NCBI GenBank assembly: GCA_010909165.1
Contig: VJWM01000281.1
Location: 75,247-139,246, forward strand
Direction: 5' to 3'
Origin: Anthoceros angustus
Lineage: Eukaryota > Plantae > Anthocerotophyta
Length of the DNA: 64,000 bases
Position numbers and translations under genes: made by a program. The notes beneath the pieces are model-generated. The model saw nothing but the letters and a program-made list of their open reading frames with translations. It searched no databases and was not told where the DNA came from. How positions within the stretch are numbered: the first letter of the stretch is position 1; each line of letters begins with the position of its first letter. This document shows, in pieces, positions 1 through 10,891 of the stretch.

Positions 1-1367
1 AAATCTTCTGAGGCTATACGAGTCCTTGCGGTGGTTCATGGCGTGAAGCTTCAAGGAAGATCTGTCGACGCTAAGAGTAAATAGGGGACTCCATGCCGAG
101 GTCGACTTGTTTCTCACTGGCGCCACCATCGATAGGCGTATCCCTCCAACGACATAACACGTAATTTTAAGTCATCCTTGTCGAAGCGCAAGGTATTTAT
201 CAATCTTATCTAACTAGTGGACACTAAAGCATCCTTGGCTCCTCCATCAAAGGTGGTCGTCTTGATCTTGCGTTGGAGTTCTTTGTCAAGTTGAGGCCTG
301 GTTTGAATTGGTACTCCTCACCCTCTGCACCTCCCACTTGATTTCCTCATTTGGTTCTCGGTGCATTCTCATGGTACGCCTCAGAATGAGTTGTCCTTCG
401 CTAGGGCTCCACGACAAGTTTCTTGACTCCCTGTCTTGCTCAAGTCCGGTGCCGGGCTCTGGCGTGGCCTGCTTCCTCCTCGAGGGCCGTGCCCGTGGGC
501 GGAGGGGTGAGTGGTGCGTCCTTCAGGCGTGGGCTGGAAGTCTTGTGGCGGTGAGGGTGGCAGGGCCACGGGATGATCGCTCAAGATCGAGCACACCCTC
601 TGTTCTCCAGTGTGCCCTCCACTTGAGCTTGAGTTTCTTGATGGACTCCTCAACCTTTGATTGTTGTCTTTGGCAAGAGAAGGAACTCAAGAATTCGCTG
701 TGTGTTTCTGGGTCCTCCTTCCAAGCCGGAGAGCCGAGTCGCCAATTTTTGGGTGATCTGTGGGTCTTTTTGCGTGACATCTGTTTGATTCCACCCCGTT
801 CCGAGGTCGCGCCTCCGCAATCTGGTTGAACAATATCGGCGGTATCAACGCAGCTCGGGTTGTCAATTCCGAGTGAGCCTCCGCTTCCAGCTAGGCTTGA
901 GTAGGAGCTCCGCCGCCTCCTCGTCTCCTCCGCCTCAGCACCTCGCCGTGCACTGGGAGCGAGACGCGCCAAGCGAATTGCCTAGATGGCGCTTCGCGGC
1001 GGACATCCCCAATTCCCTCAAGGTGGTCTTCCTCACTCTCTGATTCGGTCCACTTGGAGTCGGCGTGAAAGCTCATGTTGTTCGGCTGCGCCAGTGTTCC
1101 CTCCTTGAAGCCGCAGATGGACCGGTTGTGGATTGTCCCAATTACCCAGTGCAGGTGTCTTCAATCACCTCAAGGTTGTTACGGGCGCTGGCGGTTGCGC
1201 TCGCATCCTCAGCAATCGGGTCTGGTGCCGGTCTGGAATCCTCATCCACGATCTTGGTCGGATTGGCCTCTCGCCTCCCGATCGTTGGGGCCTCCTTCCA
1301 ATCACACTTGCCTAGCCACGGCGATCTGTCCCGTCGATCTCGATCCGGTCTGAACCCAAGATTCGGC
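1..1367 (-). mobile_element. Ty3/gypsy LTR-retrotransposon gag region (frameshifted or noisy); gag core at about 1-330
   Basis: The minus strand of 1-330 reads, with frameshifts, ...IKTTTFDG...SLEGYAYRWW...MESPIYS..., matching the Retrotrans_gag pattern (PTFDG...L.G.A..WW...PI.TW). The second copy at 59405-59660 extends into FQQGN..IQEYCDKFYNL, the QG..SV.EY...F motif. 330-1367 is unique, GC-richer sequence upstream on the same strand. No PBS or LTR was recognised. Confidence 0.7.
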
Positions 1368-2233
1368 AAGGAGCGGTTACTAGGATTCAATACCGTATTT
1401 GTTCACACGATGGAACATATATAGTCTTTCTTTCGGTGAAATTTCTGGTATTTATTCAAAGATATTTACAAGCCAGCTCACAAAAACCCTATTGTGGCTA
1501 TCATGATGTGCAAGCTTGATCACATGTTGCTCACCCTAATAAACCCCACGGTCCTAGTTCATGTAGTTCAAATCCGCCACTTGGCCAATCACGATGATTA
1601 CTTTTGGTCTTTGCCCTCTTCCTCTTCTTGGCATTTTCGGCTGATTTGTGGAGCAACCCACTAATGTTTCATACTCAAGATGGGGTATTGTTATTCTTCT
1701 TGTTCAAGGTACAATACACTATTTCAAGATCGCAAAGTGGACATTTGAAAGGTCCTTGAGATAGCTTTGGCACGACTTTTGTGATTTTTGGTTTTGCCCA
1801 GCTCTTACGCTTGCCCATGTTTCTCAATGTCTTGTTCAAGGTACAATACACTATTTCAAGATCGCAGTGGACATTTGAAAGGTCCTTGAGATAGCTTTGG
1901 CACGACTTTTGTGATTTTTGGTTTTGCCCAGCTCTTACGCTTGCCCATGTTTCTCAATGTCTTGTTCAAACATGAAGATCACTTTTGGTCTTTGCCCTCT
2001 TCCTCTTCCTCTTCTTCATGCCCCTCGCCATGTGATTATTCTTTTACTTGTTCAAGGTACAATACACTATTTCAAGATCGCAAAGTGGACATTTGAAAGG
2101 TCCTTGAGATAGCTTTGGCTTCTTGATCCCACTCCTCGTGAGACAGTTTTATGAGCCTCCAATGCGCCATGTGATTATTCTATTACTTGGCCAATCACGA
2201 TGATTACTTTTGGTCTTTGCCCTCTTCCTCTTC

Positions 2234-2630
2234 TTGTTCAAGGTACAATACACTATTTCAAGATCGCAGTGGACATTTGAAAGGTCCTTGAGATAGCTTT
2301 GGCACGACTTTTGTGATTTTTGGTTTTGCCCAGCTCTTACGCTTGCCCATGTTTCTCAATGTCTTGTTCAAGGTACAATACACTATTTCAAGATCGCAGT
2401 GGACATTTGAAAGGTCCTTGAGATAGCTTTGGCACGACTTTTGTGATTTTTGGTTTTGCCCAGCTCTTACGCTTGCCCATGTTTCTCAATGTCTTGTTCA
2501 AGGTACAATACACTATTTCAAGATCGCAGTGGACATTTGAAAGGTCCTTGAGATAGCTTTGGCACGACTTTTGTGATTTTTGGTTTTGCCCAGCTCTTAC
2601 GCTTGCCCATGTTTCTCAATGTCTTGTTCA
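2234..2630. repeat. Three tandem 130-bp loops of the ELF1-like 5' half (also 1700-1962)
   Basis: TTGTTCAA restarts at 2234, 2364, 2494 and 2624. Confidence 0.9.
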
Positions 2631-3912
2631 AACATGAAGATCACTTTTGGTCTTTGCCCTCTTCCTCTTCTTGTTCAAACATGAAGATCACTTTTGGTCT
2701 TTGCCCTCTTCCTCTTCTTCATGCCCCTCGCCTCGCTCGCCTTCTTGTTCAAGGTACAATACACTCTTAAGTGCACAAGCACGAAGCAATTGTAACTATG
2801 GTTAGTTGATCCTAGGTTAGTCTCTCAAGCTAAACTAACCATAGTCGTGCTAGCCTAGGTTAACTCACTAGAGCATAGTTAGCAAACCGTAGTCAAGAAC
2901 CTCGGGTTACACAAATTGGACATCTTTTCATTGCTAGTTCTAAATAAAGCTCCAAAACATATACATATGTCCAAAGCAGTTCTAAATAAAGCTCCAAAAC
3001 ATATACATATGTCCAACAACCTTGGTTGTTGGCGGTTAAAAGTAACGTTTGGGTCGGACCGTTCGATGATAGTTCATGTAGTTCAAATCCGCCACTTGGC
3101 CAATCACGATGATTACTTTTGGTCTTTGCCCTCTTCCTCTTCTTGGCATGCAAGTCCTTGCACTACATGCTGGTGATCTAGGTAATTTAATAACGATTCA
3201 TCTAACACTTATCCTTCACCGGAGCTTGCTCAATCCGCCGTGATGCTTAACAAAAGCTCATACACTCTTAAGTGCACAAGCACGAAGCAATTGTAACTAT
3301 GGTTAGTTGATCCTAGGTTAACTCACTAGAGCATAGTTAGCAAACCGTAGTCAAGAACCTCGGGTTACACAAATTGGACATGGACACGGACCAAGCCGCA
3401 GGGCTACAAGTCACACGCGCCAAGATCAAGAAGACTCTCTTCATGCCCCTCGCCTCGCTCGCGGTCGAGGCCCTCGTCATGTGCGCTCATATATGGTATC
3501 AAAGCCTATCCATCGATCCGCTGCACCGATGTTTCTTGAAGATCTCAATGCACCGGAGTGGATCAAAAGAAGGAGATATGGGAGCTTGCCAACGATCGAG
3601 CAGTTAGGGCTTAGGCGAGAGCAGACAAGCCTTGTCATAGCATTAGGGCTTATCCACTAGAAAAGGTAGTTAATATAAGCGGCATCCTACGAGATGGGCA
3701 CCCACAGTGCACGAGGAGCGGCAAGCGAACGAGAGAGTCTCTTGGATCTTGGGAACGGATCAAGTAGCCCGCGCCTTGTCCGAGCACGTGTTCAAATATT
3801 TGACTCACCTTGTTCTTGACTAGAGTATGCCTAACTCGTTAGTTGATCCTAGGTTAGTCTCTCAAGCTAAACTAAGTACATCCTATAGCTAGCTAGCTAG
3901 CCCTCGTGCTTG

Positions 3913-4001
3913 CTATGTCCATCATAGCCTCGCGATCGACTATGTCCATCATAGCCTCGCGATCGACTATGTCCATCATAGCCTCGCGATCGACTATGTC
4001 C
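3913..4001. repeat. 27-bp tandem repeat x3 (CTATGTCCATCATAGCCTCGCGATCGA)
   Basis: Directly visible; single copy in regular units. Confidence 0.9.
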
Positions 4002-4410
4002 TTCACGGAGCTTGCTCAATCCGCCGTGATGCTTAACAAAAGCTCATACACTCTTAAGTGCACAAGCACGAAGCAATTGTAACTATGGTTGATATAAACA
4101 TAATTTCTAAGAAGGCACAAGTTGGTCTTGAAGATGGTCTTGTGTCGTATTCTGGCACCATTCTTGCGTGCCTTTTGAGACATGTTGTATGATTCCCCAA
4201 TGTGCCAAGAGATTATTCTTTTACTTGTTCAAACATGAAGATCACTTTTTGGTCTTTGCCCTCTTCCTCTTCTTGGCATTTTCGGCTGATTTGTGGAGCA
4301 ACCCACTAATGTTTCATTATAACTTATTCAAAAACTTTAATCAAATCCAAAACATATACATATGTCCAAAGCAGTTCAAATCAAAGCGTGAGGAAAATGC
4401 AAATGCTAGC

Positions 4411-4675
4411 CTAGTCTAGAAAAATAATGAGTTTTGCTTTCTCACGTCTTCTTGGACCGCGTCAACCCAGTAGTAGACATCGATTGGCACGCTTAGGCTA
4501 TGAATATCGGTCTCAAAATATTTTTCACAGGCGTCGAGGCCCTCGCCTCGCTCGCCTTCTTGTTCAAGGTACAATACACTATTTCAAGATCGCAGTGGAC
4601 ATTTGAAAGGTCCTTCGATAGCTTTGGCACGACTTTTGTGATTTTTGGTTTTGCCCAGCTCTTACGCTTGCCCAT
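4411..4675 (-). CDS. ELF1: Elf1/ELOF1-like zinc-ribbon transcription elongation factor, copy 1 (frameshifted as written)
   Basis: ATG at 4675 begins MGKRKSWAKPKITKVVPKL. The 3' part reads CEKYFETDIHSLSVPIDVY..WVDAVQED and stops at TAG 4411-4413. This matches the Elf1 family pattern MGKRK..KL...F.C..C...V.C.L.KK....SC..C...F.T.I..LS.PIDVY..W.DA. Confidence 0.75.
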
Positions 4676-4783
4676 GTTTCTCAATGTCTTGTTCGTGAGT
4701 TAGGCTCTTTATTTTCTTGGGATCTAAAAACGAAAGGAGGCGGTTACTAGGATTCAATACCGTATTTGTTCACACGATGGAAC

Positions 4784-4856
4784 ATATATAGTCTTTCTTT
4801 CGTGAAATTTCTGGTATTTATTCAAAGATATTTACAAGCCAGCTCACAAAACCCTA
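4784..4856 (-). promoter_or_regulatory. Candidate core promoter of the ELF1-like gene (TATA-like CTATATAT and telo-box AAACCCTA), present in each full unit
   Basis: CTATATAT (minus strand, 4784-4791) lies ~110 nt upstream of the ATG. AAACCCTA is at 4849-4856. The ATG context is AAACATGG. Motif matches only. Confidence 0.35.
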
Positions 4857-5010
4857 TTGTGGCTATCATGATGTGCAAGCTTGATCACATGTTGCTCACC
4901 CTAATAAACCCCACGGTCCTAGTTCATATCCGCCACTTGCCAACTACTAGTTGAACTACTAGTTGAACTGCAATTGCCAATGCGAGGAGGTCTTTACTAT
5001 GTAGAAAAGG

Positions 5011-5025
5011 TTTTTTTTTTTTTTT
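5011..5025 (+). repeat. Poly(T) tract, one per unit; about 12-19 nt among the copies counted
   Basis: GAAAAGG(T)nGGTTGG in each unit. Confidence 0.9.
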
Positions 5026-6621
5026 GGTTGGAAGTTTCATGCCAAAGCTGGTTAAAAAGTAACGCTTTGGGTCGGACCGTTCGATGATAGTTCATACATG
5101 CCACATAAGCAATCATGCTTTAGTAGAGAAATTGATCCAAAATAGAATGGGTGTAGTTTCTCTTTGATGTAGACTAGGTTTTCAAAGTTTTGGTGTTTCA
5201 TACTCAAGATGGGGTATTGTTATTCTTCTTCTATTTATCTATCTAGGTACATGATCGGCATCAACAAATCCATCAATTGCAAGAATGTATCCAATGATGG
5301 ACAATAAACACCAACAATATTTTTGCCAACTTCATTGCTAGTTCTAAATAAAGCTCCAAAACCTACATTATTTACATCGTCCTCGAAATTAGCATACAAT
5401 GAGCCTAATTGTGTGTCTTCGTATATGTGGGGCGTAGTTGATCTTGGCATGCAAGTCCTTGCACTACATGTCGGTACTAGGTGCTTCTTTGGCTTCTTGA
5501 TCCCACTCCTCGTGAGACAGTTTTATGAGCCTCCAATGCGCCATGTGATTATTCTATTACTTGGCCAATCACGATGATTACTTTTTGGTCTTTGCCCTTT
5601 TCTATTCTTGGAATTTTTGGTGATTTGTTGAGTAGCCTACCAACTACGGACCGTGATCCAAGGGCGAGCATAGTCTCGATGAGCTAAGCACCTAATCGGT
5701 GCAGACGAGCCGCGAGATGGTGGATCGCAAGGAGGCGGCTTGCGACTAACCATAGTCGTGCTAGCCTAGGTTAACTCACTAGAGCATAGTTAGCAAACCG
5801 TAGTCAAGAACCTCGGGTTACACAAATTGGACATGGACACGGACCAAGCCGCAGGGCTACAAGTCACACGCCAAGATCAAGAAGACTCTCTTCTTCATGC
5901 CCCTCGCCTCGCGGTCGAGGCCCTCGTCATGTGCGCTCATATATGGTATCAAAGCCTATCCATCGATCATTCGATGTTTCTTGAAGATCTCAATGCACCG
6001 GAGTGGATCAAAAGAAGGAGATATGGGAGCTTGCGACCAACGATCGGCATTTGTTAGGGCTTAGGGCGTGAACGGAGCAAGCCTTGTCATAGCATTAGGG
6101 CTTATCCGACTTCTAGAAAGGTAGTTAATATAAGCGGCATCCTACGAGATGGGCACCCAGCACGAGGAGCGCGGGAACGAGAGAGTCTCTTGGATCTTGG
6201 GAACGGATCAAGTAGCCCGCGCCTTGTCCGAGCACGTGTTCAAATATTTGACTCACCTTGTTCTTGACTAGAGTATGCCTAACTCGTTAGTTGATCCTAG
6301 GTTAGTCTCTCAAGCTAAACTAACGTACATCCTATAGCTAGCTAGCTAGCCCTCGTGCTTGCGCTATGTCGGACGCCGCCACGGCCCTCGGCGGATTAGG
6401 TGGCTCGGTGCTATGTCCATCATAGCCTCGCGATCGACTATGTCCTTCACGGTGGAGCTTGCTCAATCCGCCGTGACGATTAACAAAAGCTCATACACTC
6501 TTAAGTGCACAAGCACGAAGCAATTGTAACTATGGTTGATATAAACATAATTTCTAAGAAGGCACAAGTTGGTCTTGAAGATGGTCTGTGTCGTATTCTG
6601 GCACCATTCTTGCGTGCCTTT

Positions 6622-8176
6622 TGAGACATGTTGTATGATTCCCCAATGTGCCAAGAGATTATTCTTTTACTTGTTCAAACATGAAGATCACTTTTTGGTC
6701 TTTGCCCTCTTCCTCTTCTTGGCATTTTCGGCTGATTTGTGGAGCAACCCACTAATGTTTCATTATAACTTATTCAAAAACTTTAATCAAATCCAAAACA
6801 TATACATATGTCCAAACAGTTCTAAATCAAAGGTGGAGGAAAATGCAAATGCTAGCCTAGTCTAGAAAAATAATGAGTTTTGCTTTCTCACCGTCTTCTT
6901 GGACCGTCAACCCATTGTAGTAGACATCGATTGGCACGCTTAGGCTATGAATATCGGTCTCAAAATATTTTTCACAGGCGTCGAGGCCCTCGCCATGTGA
7001 TTATTCTTCTTGTTCAAGGTACAATACACTATTTCAAGATCGCAAAGTGGACATTTGAAAGGTCCTTGAGATAGCTTTGGCACGACTTTTGTGATTTTTG
7101 GTTTTGCCCAGCTCTTACGCTTGCCCATGTTTCTCAATGTCTTGTTCATGAGTTAGGCTCTTTATTTTCTTGGGATCTAAAAACGAAAGGAGACTACTAG
7201 GATTCAATACCGTATTTGTTCACACGATGGAACATATATAGTCTTTCTTTCGGTGAAATTTCTCGGTATTTATTCAAAGATATTTACAAGCCAGCTCACA
7301 AAAACCCTATTGTGGCTATCATGATGTGCAAGCTTGATCACATGTTGCTCACCCTAATAAACCCCACGGTCCTAGTTCATGTAGTTCAAATCCGCCACTT
7401 GGCCAACTACTAGTTGAACTGCAATTCAACGGCCAATTGGAGGAGGTCTTTACTATGTAGAAAAGGTTTTTTTTTTTTTTTGGTTGGAAGTTTCATGCCA
7501 AAGCTGGTTAAAAGTAACGTTTGGGTCGGACCGTTCGATGATAGTTCATACATGCCACATAAGCAATCATGCTTTAGTAGAGAAATTAATCCAAAATAGA
7601 ATGGGTGTAGTTTCTCTTTGATGTAGACTAAGACTAAGCTTGAACTATCATTGAACTACTAGTTTGGCATGGACCTCGTCTAATCAATAGTCTTTGCACT
7701 TTTGAATAGGTTTTCAAAGTTTTGGTGTTTCATACTCAAGATGGGGTATTGTTATTCTTCTTCTATTTATCTATCTAGGTACATGATCGGCATCAACAAA
7801 TCCATCAATTGCAAGAATGTATCCAATCGATGGACAATAAACACCAACAATATTTTTGCCAACTTCATTGCTAGTTCTAAATAAAGCTCCAAAACCTACA
7901 TTATTTACATCGTCCTCGAAATTAGCATACAATGAGCCTAATTGTGTGTCTTCGTATATGTGGGGCGTAGTTGATCTTGGCATGCAAGTCCTTGCACTAC
8001 ATGTCGGTACTAGGTGCTTCTTTGGCTTCTTGATCCCACTCCTCGTGAGACAGTTTTATGAGCCTCCAATGCGCCATGTGATTATTCTATTACTTGGCCA
8101 ATCACGATGATTACTTTTGGTCTTTGCCCTTTTCTATTCTTGGAATTTTTGGTGATTTGTTGAGTAGCCTACCAAC
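6622..8176. repeat. Diverged internal duplication within the unit: 6622-6756 versus 8046-8176
   Basis: TGAGACATGTTGTATGATTCCCCAATGTGCC...GATTTGTGGAGCAACCCACTAA aligns with TGAGACAGTTTTATGAGCCTCCAATGCGCC...GATTTGTTGAGTAGCCTACCAA at roughly 75-80% identity by eye over ~135 bp. Confidence 0.85.
6857..7128 (-). CDS. ELF1: Elf1-like, copy 2 (N-half in frame; second CxxC replaced by unit fragments)
   Basis: ORF-track 6940-7149 contains MGKRKSWAKPKITKVVPKLSQGPFKCPLCDLEIVYCTLNKK. The downstream frame gives EKYFETDIHSLSVPIDVY; stop at 6857. Confidence 0.8.
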
Positions 8177-8478
8177 CACGGACCGTGATCCAAGGACGAG
8201 CATAGTCTCGATGAGCTAAGCACCTAATCGGTGCAGACGGCACGAGATGGTGGATCAAAAGAAGGAGATGGGAGCTTGCGACTAACCATAGTCGTGCTAG
8301 CCTAGGTTAACTCACTAGAGCATAGTTAGCAAACCGTAGTCAAGAACCTCGGGTTACACAAATTGGACATGGACACGGACCAAGCCGCAGGGCTACAAGT
8401 CACACGCGCCAAGATCAAGAAGACTCTTCTTCATGCCCCTCGCCTCGCTCGCGGTCGAGGCCCTCGCCTCGCTCGCCT

Positions 8479-8594
8479 TCTTGTTCAAGGTACAATACAC
8501 TATTTCAAGATCGCAGTGGACATTTGAAAGGTCCTTGATAGCTTTGCACGACTTTTGTGATTTTTGGTTTTGCCCAGCTCTTACGCTTGCCCAT
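8479..8594 (-). pseudogene. ELF1: Elf1-like 5' half in a truncated unit
   Basis: ATG at 8594 through the CTLNKK codons; then fused to the GC-rich plus-ORF segment, with the 3' half absent. Confidence 0.65.
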
Positions 8595-10891
8595 GTTTCT
8601 CAATGTCTTGTTCGTGAGTTAGGCTCTTTATTTTCTTGGATCTAAAAACGAAAGGAGACTACTAGGATTCAATACCGTATTTGTTCACACGATGGAACAT
8701 ATATAGTCTTTCTTTCGGTGAAATTTCTCGGTATTTATTCAAAGATATTTACAAGCCAGCTCACAAAAACCCTATTGTGGCTATCATGATGTGCAAGCTT
8801 GATCACATGTTGCTCACCCTAATAAACCCCACGGTCCTAGTTCATGTAGTTCAAATCCGCCACTTGGCCAACTACTAGTTGAACTACATTATTTACATCG
8901 TCCTCGAAATTAGCATACAATGAGCCTAATTGTGTGTCTTCTTGTTCAAACATGAAGATCACTTTTGGTCTTTGCCCTTTTCTATTCTTGGAATTTTTGG
9001 TTGGAAGTTTCATGCCAAAGCTGGTTAAAAGTAACGTTTGGGTCGGACCGTTCGATGATAGTTCATACATGCCACATAAGCAATCATGCTTTAGTAGAGA
9101 AATTGATCCAAAATAGAATGGGTGTAGTTTCTCTTTGATGTAGACTAAGACTAAGCTTGAACTATCATTGAACTACTAGTTTGGCATGGACTAGGTTTTC
9201 AGAATAGGTTTTCAAAGTTTTGGTGTTTCATACTCAAGATGGGGTATTGTTATTCTTCTTCTATTTATCTATCTAGGTACATGGCATCAACAAATCCATC
9301 AATTGCAAGAATGTATCCAAGCGATGGACAATAAACACCAACAATATTTTTGCCAACTTCATTGCTAGTTCTAAATAAAGCTCCAAAACCTACATTATTT
9401 ACATCGTCCTCGAAATTAGCATACAATGAGCCTAATTGTGTGTCTTCGTATATGTGGGGCGTAGTTGATCTTGGCATGCAAGTCCTTGCACTACATGTCG
9501 GTACTAGGTGCTTCTTTGGCTTCTTGATCCCACCTCGTGAGACAGTTTTATGAGCCTCCAATGCGCCATGTGATTATTCTATTACTTGGCCAATCACGAT
9601 GATTACTTTTGGTCTTTGCCCTTTTCTATTCTTGGAATTTTTGACGATTTGTTGAGTAGCCTACCAACCACGGACCGTGATCCAAGGACGAGCATAGTCT
9701 CGATGAGCTAAGCACCTAATCGGTGCAGACGGCACGAGATGGTGGATCAAAAGAAGGAGATATGGGAGCTTGCGACTAACCATAGTCGTGCTAGCCTAGG
9801 TTAACTCACTAGAGCATAGTTAGCAAACCGTAGTCAAGAACCTCGGGTTACACAAATTGGACATGGACACGGACCAAGCCGCAGGGCTACAAGTCACACG
9901 CGCCAAGATCAAGAAGACTCTCTTCTTCATGCCCCTCGCCTCGCTCGCGGTCGAGGCCCTCGTCATGTGCGCTCATATATGGTATCAAAGCCTATCCATC
10001 GATCTGCGCGTTTCTTGAAGATCTCAATGCACCGGAGTGGATCAAAAGAAGGAGATATGGGAGCTTGCGACCAACGATCGAGCGGTGTTAGGGCTTAGGG
10101 CGAACGGAGCAAGCCTTGTCATAGCATTAGGGCTTATCCACTTCTAGAAAGGTAGTTAATATAAGCGGCATCCTACGAGATGGGCACCCAGCACGAGGAG
10201 CGGCAAGTCGAACGAGAGAGTCTCTTGGATCTTGGGAACGGATCAAGTAGCCCGCGCCTTGTCCGAGCACGTGTTCAAATATTTGACTCACCTTGTTCTT
10301 GACTAGAGTATGCCTAACTCGTTAGTTGATCCTAGGTTAGTCTCTCAAGCTAAACTAACCGTACATCCTATAGCTAGCTAGCTAGCCCTCGTGCTTGCGG
10401 CTATGTCGGACGCCGCCACGGCCCTCGGCGGATTAGGCGGCTCGGTGCTATGTCCATCATAGCCTCGCGATCGACTATGTCCTTCACTGGAGCTTGCTCA
10501 ATCCGCCGTGACGATTAACAAAAGCTCATACACTCTTAAGTGCACAAGCACGAAGCAATTGTAACTATGGTTGATATAAACATAATTTCTAAGAAGGCAC
10601 AAGTTGGTCTTGAAGATGGTGCTGTGTCGTATTCTGGCACCATTCTTGCGTGCCTTTTGAGACATGTTGTATGATTCCCCAATGTGCCAAGAGATTATTC
10701 TTTTACTTGTTCAAACATGAAGATCACTTTTGGTCTTTGCCCTCTTCCTCTTCTTGGCATTTTCGGCTGATTTGTGGAGCAACCCACTAATGTTTCATTA
10801 TAACTTATTCAAAAACTTTAATCAAATCCATATGGACATATACATATGTCCAAACAGTTCAAATCAGCGTGAGGAAAATGCAAATGCTAGC

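Noticed and set aside
308-1424. Plus-strand ORFs of 60-173 aa in the left unique region
   Set aside because: They are antisense to the gag-bearing strand in GC-rich DNA and show no recognisable homology.
6050-6110. Telomere-like TTAGGGCTTAGGGC
   Set aside because: Only two or three degenerate 7-mers, internal to every unit; not a telomeric tract.
6245-6265. Perfect splice donor AAG|GTGAGT on the minus strand
   Set aside because: No associated reading frame or acceptor could be supported; it may be a chance match or a UTR intron.
8331-8460. A second, degenerate ELF1 in the other half of the internal duplication
   Set aside because: None of the three minus-strand frames shows CxxC spacing or the PIDVY..W motif.
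10378-10445. Helitron-like 3' end (GC-rich GCCGCC...GGCGGC hairpin upstream of CTAG on the minus strand) as the amplification mechanism
   Set aside because: The stem is only 6 bp with a large loop and lies ~27 nt from the CTAG, which does not fit the usual geometry. CTAG is abundant here and no Rep/helicase sequence is present.
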